Assembly: GCA_035084275.1 (NCBI GenBank)
Contig: CM068747.1
Coordinates: 23,312,001-23,376,000 of the forward strand
Length of the DNA: 64,000 nt
DNA from: Hydrolagus colliei
Lineage: Eukaryota
Direction: 5' to 3'
Numbering within the stretch: position 1 is the first letter of the stretch; every line of letters starts with the position of its first letter. Both the position numbers and the translations under genes were made by a program. Below the pieces are notes generated by a model. That model was not told the DNA's origin and did not search any database. It was given only the letters and a program-made list of their open reading frames with translations. Shown piece by piece: positions 36,287-46,889 of this stretch.

Positions 36287-36682
36287 CGAGAAAAACGCCA
36301 TCGCCTGGAGACGCAGACAAGAAGGGAATTAAACCAGGTGGTGGCAGGCCGCCGGGAGAAGAGGCACCTTTTGCAGGGTTCCAGCTTAAAGCAGTCCCAC
36401 TGAAATTTGTCAAAGAGCTAAAAGATATCGTGTTGGAGGAGGCCGAGTCTATAGGTTCTTCTGCTGTCTTTGAATGCCAAATCTCGCCTTCGACAGCGCA
36501 GACATTCTGGATGAAGGACGGAAGCACTGTGAGAGAGAGCCCCAAGCACAAATTTACATCTGATGGCAAAGATAGGAAGCTGCATATCATTGATGTGCAA
36601 CTTTCAGATACCGGTGAATATACCTGTATAGGCCGTCTCGGGAAGCAAGAAAAGATGTCCACAGCCAAACTAATTGTCCAAG
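36287..36682 (+). CDS. ttn: titin end of PEVK + Ig I84
   Basis: RKTPSP...FQLKAVPLKFVKELKDIVL...STAKLIVQ; 396 nt, phase 1-1. Confidence 0.95.
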
Positions 36683-36988
36683 GTATTTTTGTATTCCTAT
36701 CTGAGCCATTGCACGGCACAAGCCAAGAACACGACTGGGAATTCCATTAAAATAGCTATAGGCAGAGGAAGCTCGCGGAAACATGTGTTATTTACTCAGA
36801 ATAATTCTAAAGTTAACTCTAAACTTTTTTTTTTACCTTGGTGTCACTTAAGGGCTGGTCAGTTCAAGTTAATCCAGACAATTAGATGGGAATTTGCATG
36901 CTTAACTTTTCCTTCTTTTGTGGTAGACCATTAATTTGCTATTTTCTCCCCCACCCCCACCACCACCCCCCACCGTAAAATGGTTTAG

Positions 36989-37258
36989 AGCTGCCAGTAC
37001 AATTCTTTAAGACACTGGAAGAAGAGATCACGGTCTTCAAGGGACAACCTCTGTATCTGACCTGTGAGTTGAACAAGGACAGAGATGTGATTTGGAAGAA
37101 GGATGGTGAAGTTGTCGAAAATATTCCTGGCAAATTAACCATCAGTGTCATCGGACTACAGCGCTCCATCACCATCTCAGACAGTGACTTTGACAATGCT
37201 GGAGTATACACTGTTGAGACTGCTAATATAAAATGCGAAGGAAAAGTTAACGTACAAG
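36989..37258 (+). CDS. ttn: titin Ig I85
   Basis: ELPVQFFKTLEEEITVFKGQPLYLTCELNKDRDVIW; 270 nt. Confidence 0.95.
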
Positions 37259-37586
37259 GTAATTACAGTTGAAGATTATTTATTTTGTCAATAGTCCATT
37301 AATTGCTATTCCATTGATAAAAAACATAAGAATTTGCTCGGTGAAAGAAGACCAAAGTTCATGGAGTTCGCCTTCCACCATAATGGCAGTCGCGTGACGT
37401 GTTGTGTCCCAAACTATACACTGTATCCCGAGATATTATTTTCTAGCAGAATCCATCGAATTTATTCTTGAAATGTGACATTTTCTGCTTCCACTGTCTC
37501 CCACCATAAGTTTATTGCTTTAGTTGCTCTTTAACTCGTGAACATATGAAGAGTACTCAGTTTGTAACTTTCTCCTCCTCCGGCAG

Positions 37587-37859
37587 AAATTGTAAGGAAA
37601 TGGTTCGTCAAGCCACTTCGGGACCAACGGGTCAAACAGAAGGAAACTGCGGTCTTCCAATGCGAAATTGCAAAGGATACTCCAAATATCAAATGGTTCA
37701 AAGGCGAAGAGGAGATACCAGATCCTTCAGCAAAGTTTGAAATCAAGAAAGTTGGTAAAATTCTTACTCTCACTCTGAAGAACGTGACCCCTGAGGACCA
37801 GGGTGAATACACAGTGGAGGTGGAAGGCCAAGCCTCCACAGCCAACCTGATCGTTGATG
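37587..37859 (+). CDS. ttn: titin Ig I86
   Basis: EIVRKWFVKPLRDQRVK...KDTPNIKWFKG; 273 nt. Confidence 0.95.
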
Positions 37860-38147
37860 GTAAGACATATACACACATATATATATATATATATATACAC
37901 AGTATATACTGTACAGATATGTATAATTTATTTTTAAAACAAATAAAAATTTAAACGTGTGCATCACAGTTGATCTGCCACCACCAATAAAATAATGTAT
38001 TAATTTCTGCAATGTTCACACTTTGTAAAAAAAAAGTCTTGTTATTATATTCAATTTGTTTTTTTTTAACAAAAATGCAATGTGTGTAAATCAGCAAAGG
38101 AAAATACATAATTTTAGCATCTTATTATGTCAAAGCAATTTCAAGTA

Positions 38148-38865
38148 CAATAGAAGCCCTTTTAACCGTGACTCTAGGCACCGGCACTTCCATATAACCG
38201 GCACGCCAAAAAAAAAGTCCTGATTCAATAAACCGGAACTTATCCGGAACAATAGCAGTGGAGCATTTGTAAATGCATAAATAATAACATAACAACAGAA
38301 TACTGCATTGGCACTCATCGTCAAAACCACTCTCCCGTGCCCCCCCCACCTCCCCCTCTGGTAGATGCTGCGCTTGAAGCCATGATGCTGCGATTGAGGT
38401 TTACATTCCAGCGACTATCTCCAAAATGGAGCACGTCAAGTGGGTGAAAAAAACAGAGCGCATATGACTTCATAGTGGCAAGCCGATAACCCAAATTGTC
38501 ACGCAGGTGCTGTATTTCGGTTTGCCACTAGTGGAGTCTAGTGCTTCAGTTTGCAGCTAGTAAAGTCGCGCGACTTTAAAATCACGCTGCCGCCTCTCTC
38601 ACCCGCCTGGCGCCCCCCATTCAAAAAAGAATCGCTGGACTGCAAACCCCAATCAGTAAAGGTGAGAAGCTCAAGAGGGCAGCCCCAACAACAAGCACCA
38701 ACACAATACTCTGCCACTATCTGTTATTACTTAGTCTGCTGTGTATGTTGTGCGTTAAAAGAACTTTAATTTTTTTGTAGTGGGTTTTCAGCCGCGGGTC
38801 GCCCGAATATCCGGCAAACGCTTTAACTGGCATTGGCCAGGTGCCGGATAAACGGGCTTCTAATG
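38148..38865. mobile_element. non-autonomous Tc1/mariner (Tigger/pogo-like) element
   Basis: TA|CAATAGAAGCCCTTTTAACCG ... CGGATAAACGGGCTTCTAATG|TA: imperfect TIRs with TA TSD; no transposase ORF. Confidence 0.8.
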
Positions 38866-39302
38866 TACTTCGCAAGTAATGGTTATGTAAGTTTTTGTGG
38901 GTAAATCCTGTAACAATTAGGTGTTTGACCAATTAATCTGAGGGATTCTTGTCCACGTTAGACATAAACTTTGTTCTATTTTATTATGGTGGGTTCTTTA
39001 CAGGTAGGAGGGAATCTGAGTTTAATGTCTCATCTGAACAATAGTTCAACAATGCACCTACAATGCACCTCTCCCTTATGTTGAGACTATTAGCTCAAGT
39101 TCTGATGTGGAACTTGAACCTAATGAACATCCTGATTCGAAGGCAAAATTTCTGTCTTTCGTGCCAAACTGACAACTACACAATATTTTTTAAAAAGTCC
39201 TTTTTACATGTAGGTTTTAAAAATCCGCTATGGAAAGCCTTGACAATGATATTATTCGTGGTGTAAGGCTCAAAATAATGATCTTTCCTTTTGTATTGAT
39301 AG

Positions 39303-39439
39303 AGCGTGAGATCGACATACTTTCAGAACTGCAAAGTGTGGAAGTTTACGAGAAAGAAACTGCTGTCTTTGAGACTGAGATCTCACAAGATGTTGCAGTA
39401 GAATGGAAACTTAAGGGAGAAATACTGCGTCCATCTCCT
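39303..39439 (+). CDS. ttn: titin Ig I87, 5' half
   Basis: EREIDILSELQSVEVYEKE...ILRPSP; phase 1-0. Confidence 0.95.
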
Positions 39440-39541
39440 GTAAGCTCTTCCTTTGTACCTGTAATTTCTAGATAGCTTGCATGAAATTCGAGGCCGACAT
39501 TACCTTACACTGTTATGGACTGGCTTTGTTATCTTTTGCAG

Positions 39542-39668
39542 ACCTGTGAAATGAAAGATGAAGGGACTAAACGTACCTTGACCCTTCACAATGTCAGATT
39601 GGATCAAGCTGGTGAAGTTATCTTCAGGGCACGCAATGCCACATCCATTGCTTACCTGAGAGTCAAAG
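39542..39668 (+). CDS. ttn: titin Ig I87, 3' half
   Basis: TCEMKDEGTKRTLTLHNVRLDQAGEV; phase 0-1. Confidence 0.95.
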
Positions 39669-39817
39669 GTAAGTGATACATCTGAGAAAGAAGCACATTG
39701 ATAGTACAGTAGTACCTTCTCCGCTTATGAAGGGCTGTGAATAAAATACAAGTTCGCTGTAGTATGATTTCTTCTTCATGTAACATCTTATTAAAATGTA
39801 ACCAATGTTATTTGCAG

Positions 39818-40084
39818 AAATTGAACTTGACTTTGAGGTTCCCCTGACTGATGTGACTGTCCCAGAAAAACGTCAAGCGCGGTTTGAATGTGTCCTCACC
39901 AGAGTGGTTACGAAGATTTTATGGACTAAAGGCACAGATATACTTAAGTCTGGTGATAAGTATGATTTAATCGCTGATGGAAAGAAGCAGATTCTTGTCA
40001 TCAATAATTCTGTTTTCGATGATGAAGGAGAGTATTCTGCTGAAGTTGACGCCAAGAAAACAACTGCAAAGCTGATTGTCACAG
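39818..40084 (+). CDS. ttn: titin Ig I88
   Basis: EIELDFEVPLTDVTVPEKRQARFECVLTR; 267 nt. Confidence 0.95.
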
Positions 40085-40518
40085 GTATGTTTTCACGCGT
40101 TTTATCTGTGAAGTGCTTTGAGACATCTAGAAGACGTGATAAGGCACTATATCAAATGCAATGATTATTATTATTGTTTTATCATTACCCACATGAGCAA
40201 ACAGTGGGTTTTATAGTGTTTTGCTAGTGTTATTTAATAAGCTGTTTAACTGATTTGACCGTTTTGTTGTTGATGCCATGATTTGACATGGCAACATGTG
40301 TGGTAGACACTGATTATGTTTGATCTCACCTACTCTGAATTATCAGCCCTTTACAGATCTCATACTGGTCACAAATATTCAATGTTTAAAACAAAACGCA
40401 AATTTACATGAAGATTTAATGTAATCGTGGCATTGAATTGAATGATTAAGGACAAAATTCTAAACTGTGTCAGGGAATGTCTAATAGTTCGCTCATAACA
40501 TATACATTCATATTTTAG

Positions 40519-40785
40519 GGATGAGGTTGAAATTCCTTACACAACTGAAGGACCAGACAGTTAAAGAAGGAAACACAGCTCATTTTGAAATTGAGCTTTC
40601 CCACGAAAATATGCCTTTGACTTGGTACAGAAATCAAACCGTCCTTCATCCAAGCAGAACTATTCTTATCTCCACTGATGGGAAGAAACATATATTAGAA
40701 ATGAGAGAAGTGACTCTGGATGATACTTGTGAGATCAAGGCAGAAATCGCTGAACTTTCCACCAAAGGTTGCCTGACTGTCCTCG
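40519..40785 (+). CDS. ttn: titin Ig I89
   Basis: GMRLKFLTQLKDQTVKEG; 267 nt. Confidence 0.95.
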
Positions 40786-40954
40786 GTAAGGGTCAAATAC
40801 AGTAATTGTAATATTGTTCTCTGTCTTACACTGAGTTATACAGAATTATACGACAGGCCATACATAGTGGTGATTATACTCCATACAAGCTTCCGCCCCT
40901 TCTATTTCACTCTCCGATACTCCTCTATTCCCTTCTCTCTCATGTACGTGGAAT

Positions 40955-41243
40955 CATGTAGCTCAGTGATTAGAGCATGCACCTTGCAAGTGAGAGACCG
41001 GGCTTCAATTCCAGGCAGGGCGAAACCTTGGGCAAGTTTCCTTACTCCACACGCCTAATAATAATCCCTCAAAAAAAATTGTCATTTCAATCCATGACTC
41101 TTTGTGGACACTGCTGTGCGCAATTGGCTGTTGCATTTTGCCCGCAAAATATACACTTTACAGTATATTCTGTGAAGAGCTTTGAGATGATTAGAAGACG
41201 TGATAAGGCGCTACATCAAATGTAAGGATTATTATTATTATTA
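40955..41243 (+). mobile_element. tRNA-headed Deu-domain SINE, near full length
   Basis: A box TAGCTCAGTGATTAGAGC, B box-like GGCTTCAATTCC, Deu core, (ATT)n tail. Confidence 0.8.
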
Positions 41244-41455
41244 CACATCAGGTTTTCACTTAAATACATTGATGCTTTTTGCTTCAACCACGGCTTCTGG
41301 CAGTAAGTTCCACATTCTCGCCACCCTCTGGGTGAAGACATTTCACCTAAACTCCCTGTTAGATCTAGTGTTCTACAACCAATGCACCATGGTGAGCACT
41401 TCTTTGTGCAGTTTGACAGTGTAAATCTCTTTGTCGTTTCTTCTTTCATCTATAG

Positions 41456-41719
41456 AGGCAGATCCGTATTTCACGGTGAAACTACAGGATTACACTGCAG
41501 TGGAGAGAGATGACATGAAATTGGAATGTGAACTCAGCAAGGATGTGCCTGTGAAATGGAAGAAGGATGGCAAAGAAATTACAGCATCAAAGACAGTCTC
41601 TATAAAGGCTGAGGGTCAACACCGTACATTGTTGATCAAGAAGGTGGACAATAAAGCTAAGGGTGTATATGAATGTGACTGTGGGACTGATGTCACCAAA
41701 GCCTCTATGAATATTGAAG
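41456..41719 (+). CDS. ttn: titin Ig I90
   Basis: EADPYFTVKLQDYTAVE; 264 nt. Confidence 0.95.
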
Positions 41720-41963
41720 GTAGGTCTTCCGAATTAATATGCTTATAATCTTCAAGAATGTAATCATAAAATAATATCCGCCCAGTTTCTAAACAGTTAT
41801 GTCCAATTAGCTGCCGCGTTTCTCCCACGAAATATGCAGCCAATTCATTTTATAGTATATTCTGTGAAGTGCTTTGAGATGTCTCGAAGATGCGATAAAT
41901 GCAAATGCAAAGATTATAATTATTATCATTAAACGTCCAATGGTTTACTTTCTGTGGTTGCAG

Positions 41964-42103
41964 CACGCATTATCAAAATAGTGCGTCCACTGTTTGGTAT
42001 AGAGATCTTTGAGGGTGAAAGTGCACGTTTTGAAGTGGACATCTCAGAGACTGAGGTGCATCCTCAGTGGAAACTGAATGGAGAAAGTTTGTTGCCATCA
42101 CCC
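41964..42103 (+). CDS. ttn: titin Ig I91 ('I27'), 5' half
   Basis: ARIIKIVRPLFGIEIFEGESARFEVDISETEVHPQWKLNGESLLPSP; phase 1-0. Confidence 0.95.
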
Positions 42104-42386
42104 GTAAGTAATTTTTGATATGATTAGATTTACTGTTGGCTAATTCAGTTGAATACAAGGGTATTTTGTGGCAACTTTCAATAAGTAATTCAAAACAACT
42201 CAAATGGATTTACCAACTGGCCAATTCTGAGTTAAATCATTGAGCGTAAGACCACAAAATCTCATTTCTGATAACTGGTGCTTAATTCAATTTAGGAGTG
42301 TGTCTTACTGACGTGTTTATACACGGGGCAAATGTTTAACCAAAAGCAGGGTAACGTTACACATCTTTGATTTTTATACTCTACAG

Positions 42387-42513
42387 AATTGTGAGATTCT
42401 CGAGGATGGTAAGAAGCACATCTTGATCCTGTACAACTGCAAACTGAAGGATGCAGGAGATGTTGCTTTTCAGGCTGCTAATGCTAAGTGTGCAGCTAAC
42501 TTGAAAGTCAAAG
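42387..42513 (+). CDS. ttn: titin Ig I91 ('I27'), 3' half
   Basis: NCEILEDGKKHILILYNCKLKDAGDVAFQAANAKCAANLKVK; phase 0-1. Confidence 0.95.
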
Positions 42514-42574
42514 GTAATTTCCAATTCATTTGGAATAACTATTGCTCAATTTTGTAACACTTATTCTATTCCTC

Positions 42575-42780
42575 ACTTTCATCGTTGGGTCAGACGCTTT
42601 TGGGTTCAAGGCCCACGTCAAGACTTGCACTAATAGTCGAGGCTGACTTTCTGGAGGAACTGCTGTAATGTTGGAGGTGCCGTCTTTCAGTCAAACCGAA
42701 AGTCCCACATCACAATTGGAAAATAAAGTTTTCCAACTCCTTGGTGCCGTAGCTAACACGTTCCCAGATTAATTGGTCAT
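42575..42780 (+). mobile_element. degenerate Deu-SINE
   Basis: gggttcaaggcccac...ggaggtgccgtctttcag. Confidence 0.55.
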
Positions 42781-42977
42781 TTAGATTATGGTTCTTTGTG
42801 CTCCATTGTTGAGCATAAAATAGGTTGCCATATATGGCCACAAAAAAATAGTAATTGGATAGGATTTGTTATTGTGGAGTGTTTTGTCTTTACAAGTGTT
42901 ATAACAATGCAGTTTCTTGCAAGTTTTGTATTTGTTAAAATTGTTAAGTGTATTCTGCTTTGTATACACCCATCCAG

Positions 42978-43244
42978 AAATCCCAGTCACCTTCATAACT
43001 CCACTTGAGGACGTGAAAGTGTATGAGAAGGATGAAGCAAAGTTTGAATGTGAATTATCCAGGAAGCCAAAGACATTCCGTTGGCTGAAAGGAACAGACG
43101 AGGTTAAGGCAGATGCTAAGTTTGAGATTTTAGAAGAAGGAACAAAGTATATGTTGGTAATTAAAGAAGCTGCATTTGATGATGAAGCAAAATACATGTT
43201 TGAAGCGGAGGACAAGGCGACAAGTGCCAAACTGATTATCCAAG
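42978..43244 (+). CDS. ttn: titin Ig I92 (GC donor)
   Basis: EIPVTFITPLEDVKVYEKDEAKFECE; 267 nt; CAAG|gcaagt. Confidence 0.93.
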
Positions 43245-43312
43245 GCAAGTGGCAGCAGTGCTTCCATTGCGCTGTATAAAATAATGGAATATTTGTAGCA
43301 CAAGAGATTGTT

Positions 43313-44008
43313 CGGCCCATTGCGTCTCAGGTATGCTTTGCTTCCTCCCCCAAACTGTCCTTCCTCCCCCACATCTGGTCCCTCACCAGCACCGCCTTCT
43401 TCCACCTCCGACGGATCGCCCGTCTCCGGCAGTACCTCAACCCAAAAGCCGCTTAAACCCTGGTCCACACTTTCGTCATCTCACAGCTGGACTATTCAAA
43501 TGCCCTCCTCGCCGGTCTCCCCTCCACCAGAATCCATAAAATCCAACTCAACCAAAACTCTGCCGCCCATGTACTCACCCGCACCAAGCTTCGCTCCCCC
43601 GTTACCGCAGTCCTTGCCAGATTTCACTGGCTCCCTATCCCCGAGAGGATCAACTTCAAGATCCTGACCCTTGTTTTCAAATGCCCCCACTCCTCTGCAC
43701 CCTCCTACCTCTCTGACCTCCTCTCTCCTCAAACCAGCTCCCGTTGCCTTCGCTCCACTGGGTCTGGCCTCCTCCATGTCCACGAATCCTTCGCTCCACC
43801 CTCGGCGACCGGGGCTTCATCCACTATGCCCCGACGCTCTGGAATTCCCCTCCTCACTACCTTCATCTTGCCCCCTCTTTTCTCATTTTCAGGTCCCAGC
43901 TGAAGACCTTTCTCTTCGACTGCGCCTTCAGCTCCGAGATCCGCTATTGTGAAGTGCCCTCCACACCGTCTGGTGTGGAGGGCACTATATAAATCGAAGT
44001 TGTTGTTG
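43313..44008 (+). mobile_element. L2-clade LINE 3' fragment
   Basis: Homologous to the 19984 copy; (GTT)n tail. Confidence 0.88.
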
Positions 44009-44070
44009 TAGCTTCTGCCCACTGGAATCTGCTTTAATGTCATTCCCACGCTATAAGAATAATGATAATA

Positions 44071-44178
44071 CAGGTTGAGCGTCCAAAATCCGGAGATACG
44101 GAATCCGGAATCTTCACAAAACACGAAAACCGGCTCGGCCTCAGTCCCAAGGTTGCCGGATTCAGGACGCTCAACCTA
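44071..44178. mobile_element. 108-bp Tigger-type MITE nested in a SINE tail
   Basis: TA|CAGGTTGAGCGTCCAAAATCCGG ... CCGGATTCAGGACGCTCAACCTA|TA. Confidence 0.85.
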
Positions 44179-44293
44179 TACTTGCATTTGATATAGCGCC
44201 TTTCACGACCTCTAGACGTCTCAAAGCGCTATGGGATGAGGTGCTCTCTTTCCAGTGCAGTTTAATGGAGATTAACATTTCTTTTCCTTACAG

Positions 44294-44560
44294 GTATCCG
44301 ACTTGAATTCAGCAAACCCATTGAAGACCAAACCGTGAAAGAGCGCGAGACAGCAGAATTTGTAGCCGAGCTTTCTCATGAGAATGTACAGGTTGTGTGG
44401 TACAAAAATGACATGCGGCTGCACCCAAGTCGGGTGATAACCATGAAAGACGAGGGTAAGATTCACGGCATCACATTTAAAGATGTGACCATCGATGATA
44501 CCTCCCTCATCAAAGTTGAAGCTATGGACAAAAGTTCAGAGGCGAAACTCATCGTCCTTG
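44294..44560 (+). CDS. ttn: titin Ig I93
   Basis: GIRLEFSKPIEDQTVKERE; 267 nt. Confidence 0.95.
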
Positions 44561-44673
44561 GTAAAGATTATTTCTGTATTATCACACGTACTTCTTTTAC
44601 GGACTGAAGTTTACACAGAAATGTTCCTTTGTTCTCTTCGCGTCTTCTGATTATCTTCTTTGTTTTTCTCCAG

Positions 44674-44940
44674 AGGGGGACCCTTACTTCGTCAGGAAGC
44701 TACAGGACTACACAGCAGTAGAGAAAGATGAAGTTACATTCCAATGTGAGGTCAGCAAAGCGGGAGCACCGGTTAAATGGTTGAAGGACGGAAAAGAACT
44801 GACTCCTTCAAAGAACGTTCAATTTAAGACCGACGGCAAGAAGCGCATCTTAATCATCAAACGAACACTAAAGACCGACCAGGGAGAGTTTTCATGTGAC
44901 TGCGGTTCTGATAAAACTACCGCCAAGCTGAACATCGAAG
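44674..44940 (+). CDS. ttn: titin Ig I94
   Basis: EGDPYFVRKLQDYTAVEKDEV; 267 nt. Confidence 0.95.
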
Positions 44941-45066
44941 GTATGAATGATACAAATCAGAAGTTTATAATGGTGCACGATTTGCACTCCCATGGAGGTG
45001 CCTTGTGTTTAGTGAATTGTTTTGATTTTTCTGGCAAAGCAACACTTTGAATGAATTTTATTTCAG

Positions 45067-45206
45067 AGCGTGACATTAAGATAGTGAAGCCACTGTACAG
45101 TGTTGAGGTCACAGAAACCGAAACTGCTCGTTTTGAGGTTGAAATCTCCGAAGAAGATGTGCACGGCAATTGGAAGCTGAAGGGGGAAAGTTTAAGACCG
45201 TCACCT
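45067..45206 (+). CDS. ttn: titin Ig I95, 5' half
   Basis: ERDIKIVKPLYSVEVTETETARFE; 140 nt. Confidence 0.95.
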
Positions 45207-45314
45207 GTAAGTGCCAATCCGTATATTTATAAACAAGTGTTTTACTTCTATCTAAGGGGAAAATTCTACGGTTCATATGATATTAATGGTCTTTTTTTTA
45301 ACATTATAATTTAG

Positions 45315-45441
45315 GACTGTGAGATTAAGGAGGAAGGCACTAAGCATATTCTTATTCTGTACAATGTACCATTGGGTCAAGCTGGTCAAGTTGATTTCCA
45401 AGCTGCTAATGCCAAATCCAACGCTCATTTGAGAGTCAAAG
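45315..45441 (+). CDS. ttn: titin Ig I95, 3' half
   Basis: DCEIKEEGTKHILILYNV...AHLRVK; 127 nt. Confidence 0.95.
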
Positions 45442-46159
45442 GTAGATCATTTTTCATTACATGTTTAATCAATAGCATTTTTATACAATAAGCCTGTTAA
45501 ACACAAATGCATGATTTGGATCATCAGTTCTTGATAAATGATATGAGATCACACAGTCTGTCTGATACCTATGCGGTCGGAAATGCATCACCATGCTTAA
45601 GAGCATTAAACTAGACTGAGAATTCCACATATGCAAGCAACCTCCCCGTGGAAATTTCCCTGTGACAATTTACCGTATTCTTTATAACCACATAAGGCAA
45701 TTTATTGTAATCTTTCAATTCGGACAACTAATTTACCTTTTACCACTCTCTGGAACTCCATCCCACAGTCCCTCCAACCCGTTCCCTCCCCTTGCTCTGT
45801 ATCCAATTCAAGACCTTCCCTATCCTTGCTCTCACTCATCTTTAATCCTCCCACTAATTTGCTTCCACCCCTAGCTCAAGTGACAATCTAGTTTTGCTAA
45901 GCGCCTTAGGACGCTCTCTTGAAGTGAAAGACGCTTCAATAAATATAAACTCACACTGTATTGTATTTACTTATTCCACTCACCATCCTCTTGAGTTCCT
46001 GAAGTAAAAGTAGGTTTTGTATTTAGCTAAATTGCCTATGAAATGACTAACAGATAATTACCCAATAAGGAAACACAGTGTTGGAACACATCAAGTTGCT
46101 TTTTTTTTGCTGAGTTTGTAATTTGGAGGCAAAATAATATTCAAGTCTGCATTTTTGCC

Positions 46160-46489
46160 AGAAGATTGATTGACGGCAGCGGGCGGTTGTCAAAGAGGAA
46201 TTTGCTGTGTGACCAATGGCCTTGGTGGCTATTTTGAAAAGGACATACCGGTACCTTATGTAGTAACATGGGAGCAGATGTGATTGGCAGCTCAAGCAGA
46301 TGCCACTCAGATTTACTGCTGACAGTGTTAGAAGTCAGGAGGACAATATGCAAATGTAGCTGGAATGTCTCTCCCTTTCCTTCTACTGGGCCTGGGAGTG
46401 AGGGACACAGAGGTTGGTCTCTTGGGTCGGAGCTGAGATGAGGTTCAGGTGAAAATGAACAAGCCTCTCGGGGGACTGCAGAATTAATC
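46160..46489 (+). promoter_or_regulatory. candidate internal (Cronos-type) titin promoter / 5'UTR
   Basis: Repeat-free, GC-richer block: TGATTGACGG (46167), GC box (46181), CCAAT (46213), MEF2-like CTATTTTGAA (46229), CAGATG E-boxes (46275, 46297), reverse CCAAT (46283), TGGAATGT MCAT (46361). It precedes an in-frame ATG at 46490 and lies in the intron homologous to the one before mammalian exon 240. Confidence 0.6.
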
Positions 46490-46511
46490 ATGTTCTCTCC
46501 CACATCCAAAG
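46490..46511 (+). CDS. ttn: candidate alternative N-terminus MFSPTSK- of an internally initiated (Cronos) titin
   Basis: aatcATG (A at -3), in frame with the 46512 exon; upstream in-frame stop at 46439. Confidence 0.55.
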
Positions 46512-46654
46512 CACGAGTCATTGGCTTACTGAAGCCCCTGAAGGATGTGACTGTAGTAGCTGGGCATTCTGCTACCTTTGAGTGTGAGCTCTCGTATGAG
46601 GGTATCCCTGTTGAGTGGTTTTTGAAGGACACTAAGTTGGAAGCCAGTGACAAG
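46512..46654 (+). CDS. ttn: titin Ig I96, 5' half (exon-240 orthologue by exon count)
   Basis: ARVIGLLKPLKDVTVVAGHSATFECELSYE; 143 nt. Confidence 0.95.
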
Positions 46655-46889
46655 GTAAGTCCATGTTATTTCATTTGTTTGTATGTGTGTTTTGTTTCAA
46701 AGCCAATTGTGTCAACATGCATGATCCTAGGGGAATTGTTTTATGCAAGACCACTTCAATTGTTTAAACATTGATCATTTAACATTTTATTAAATAAAAT
46801 GGTATACCAACATTGATGTTGGTAACTTGTAAGGGCTTTTTCTTTCTTTAACTACATATACTATAAGCACCGTGTTTAGTTATCCAGTC

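Noticed and set aside
40955-41030. tRNA-like sequence (also ~53400-53460, ~22120-22190)
   Set aside because: No complete cloverleaf; these are SINE heads followed by a Deu core and tail
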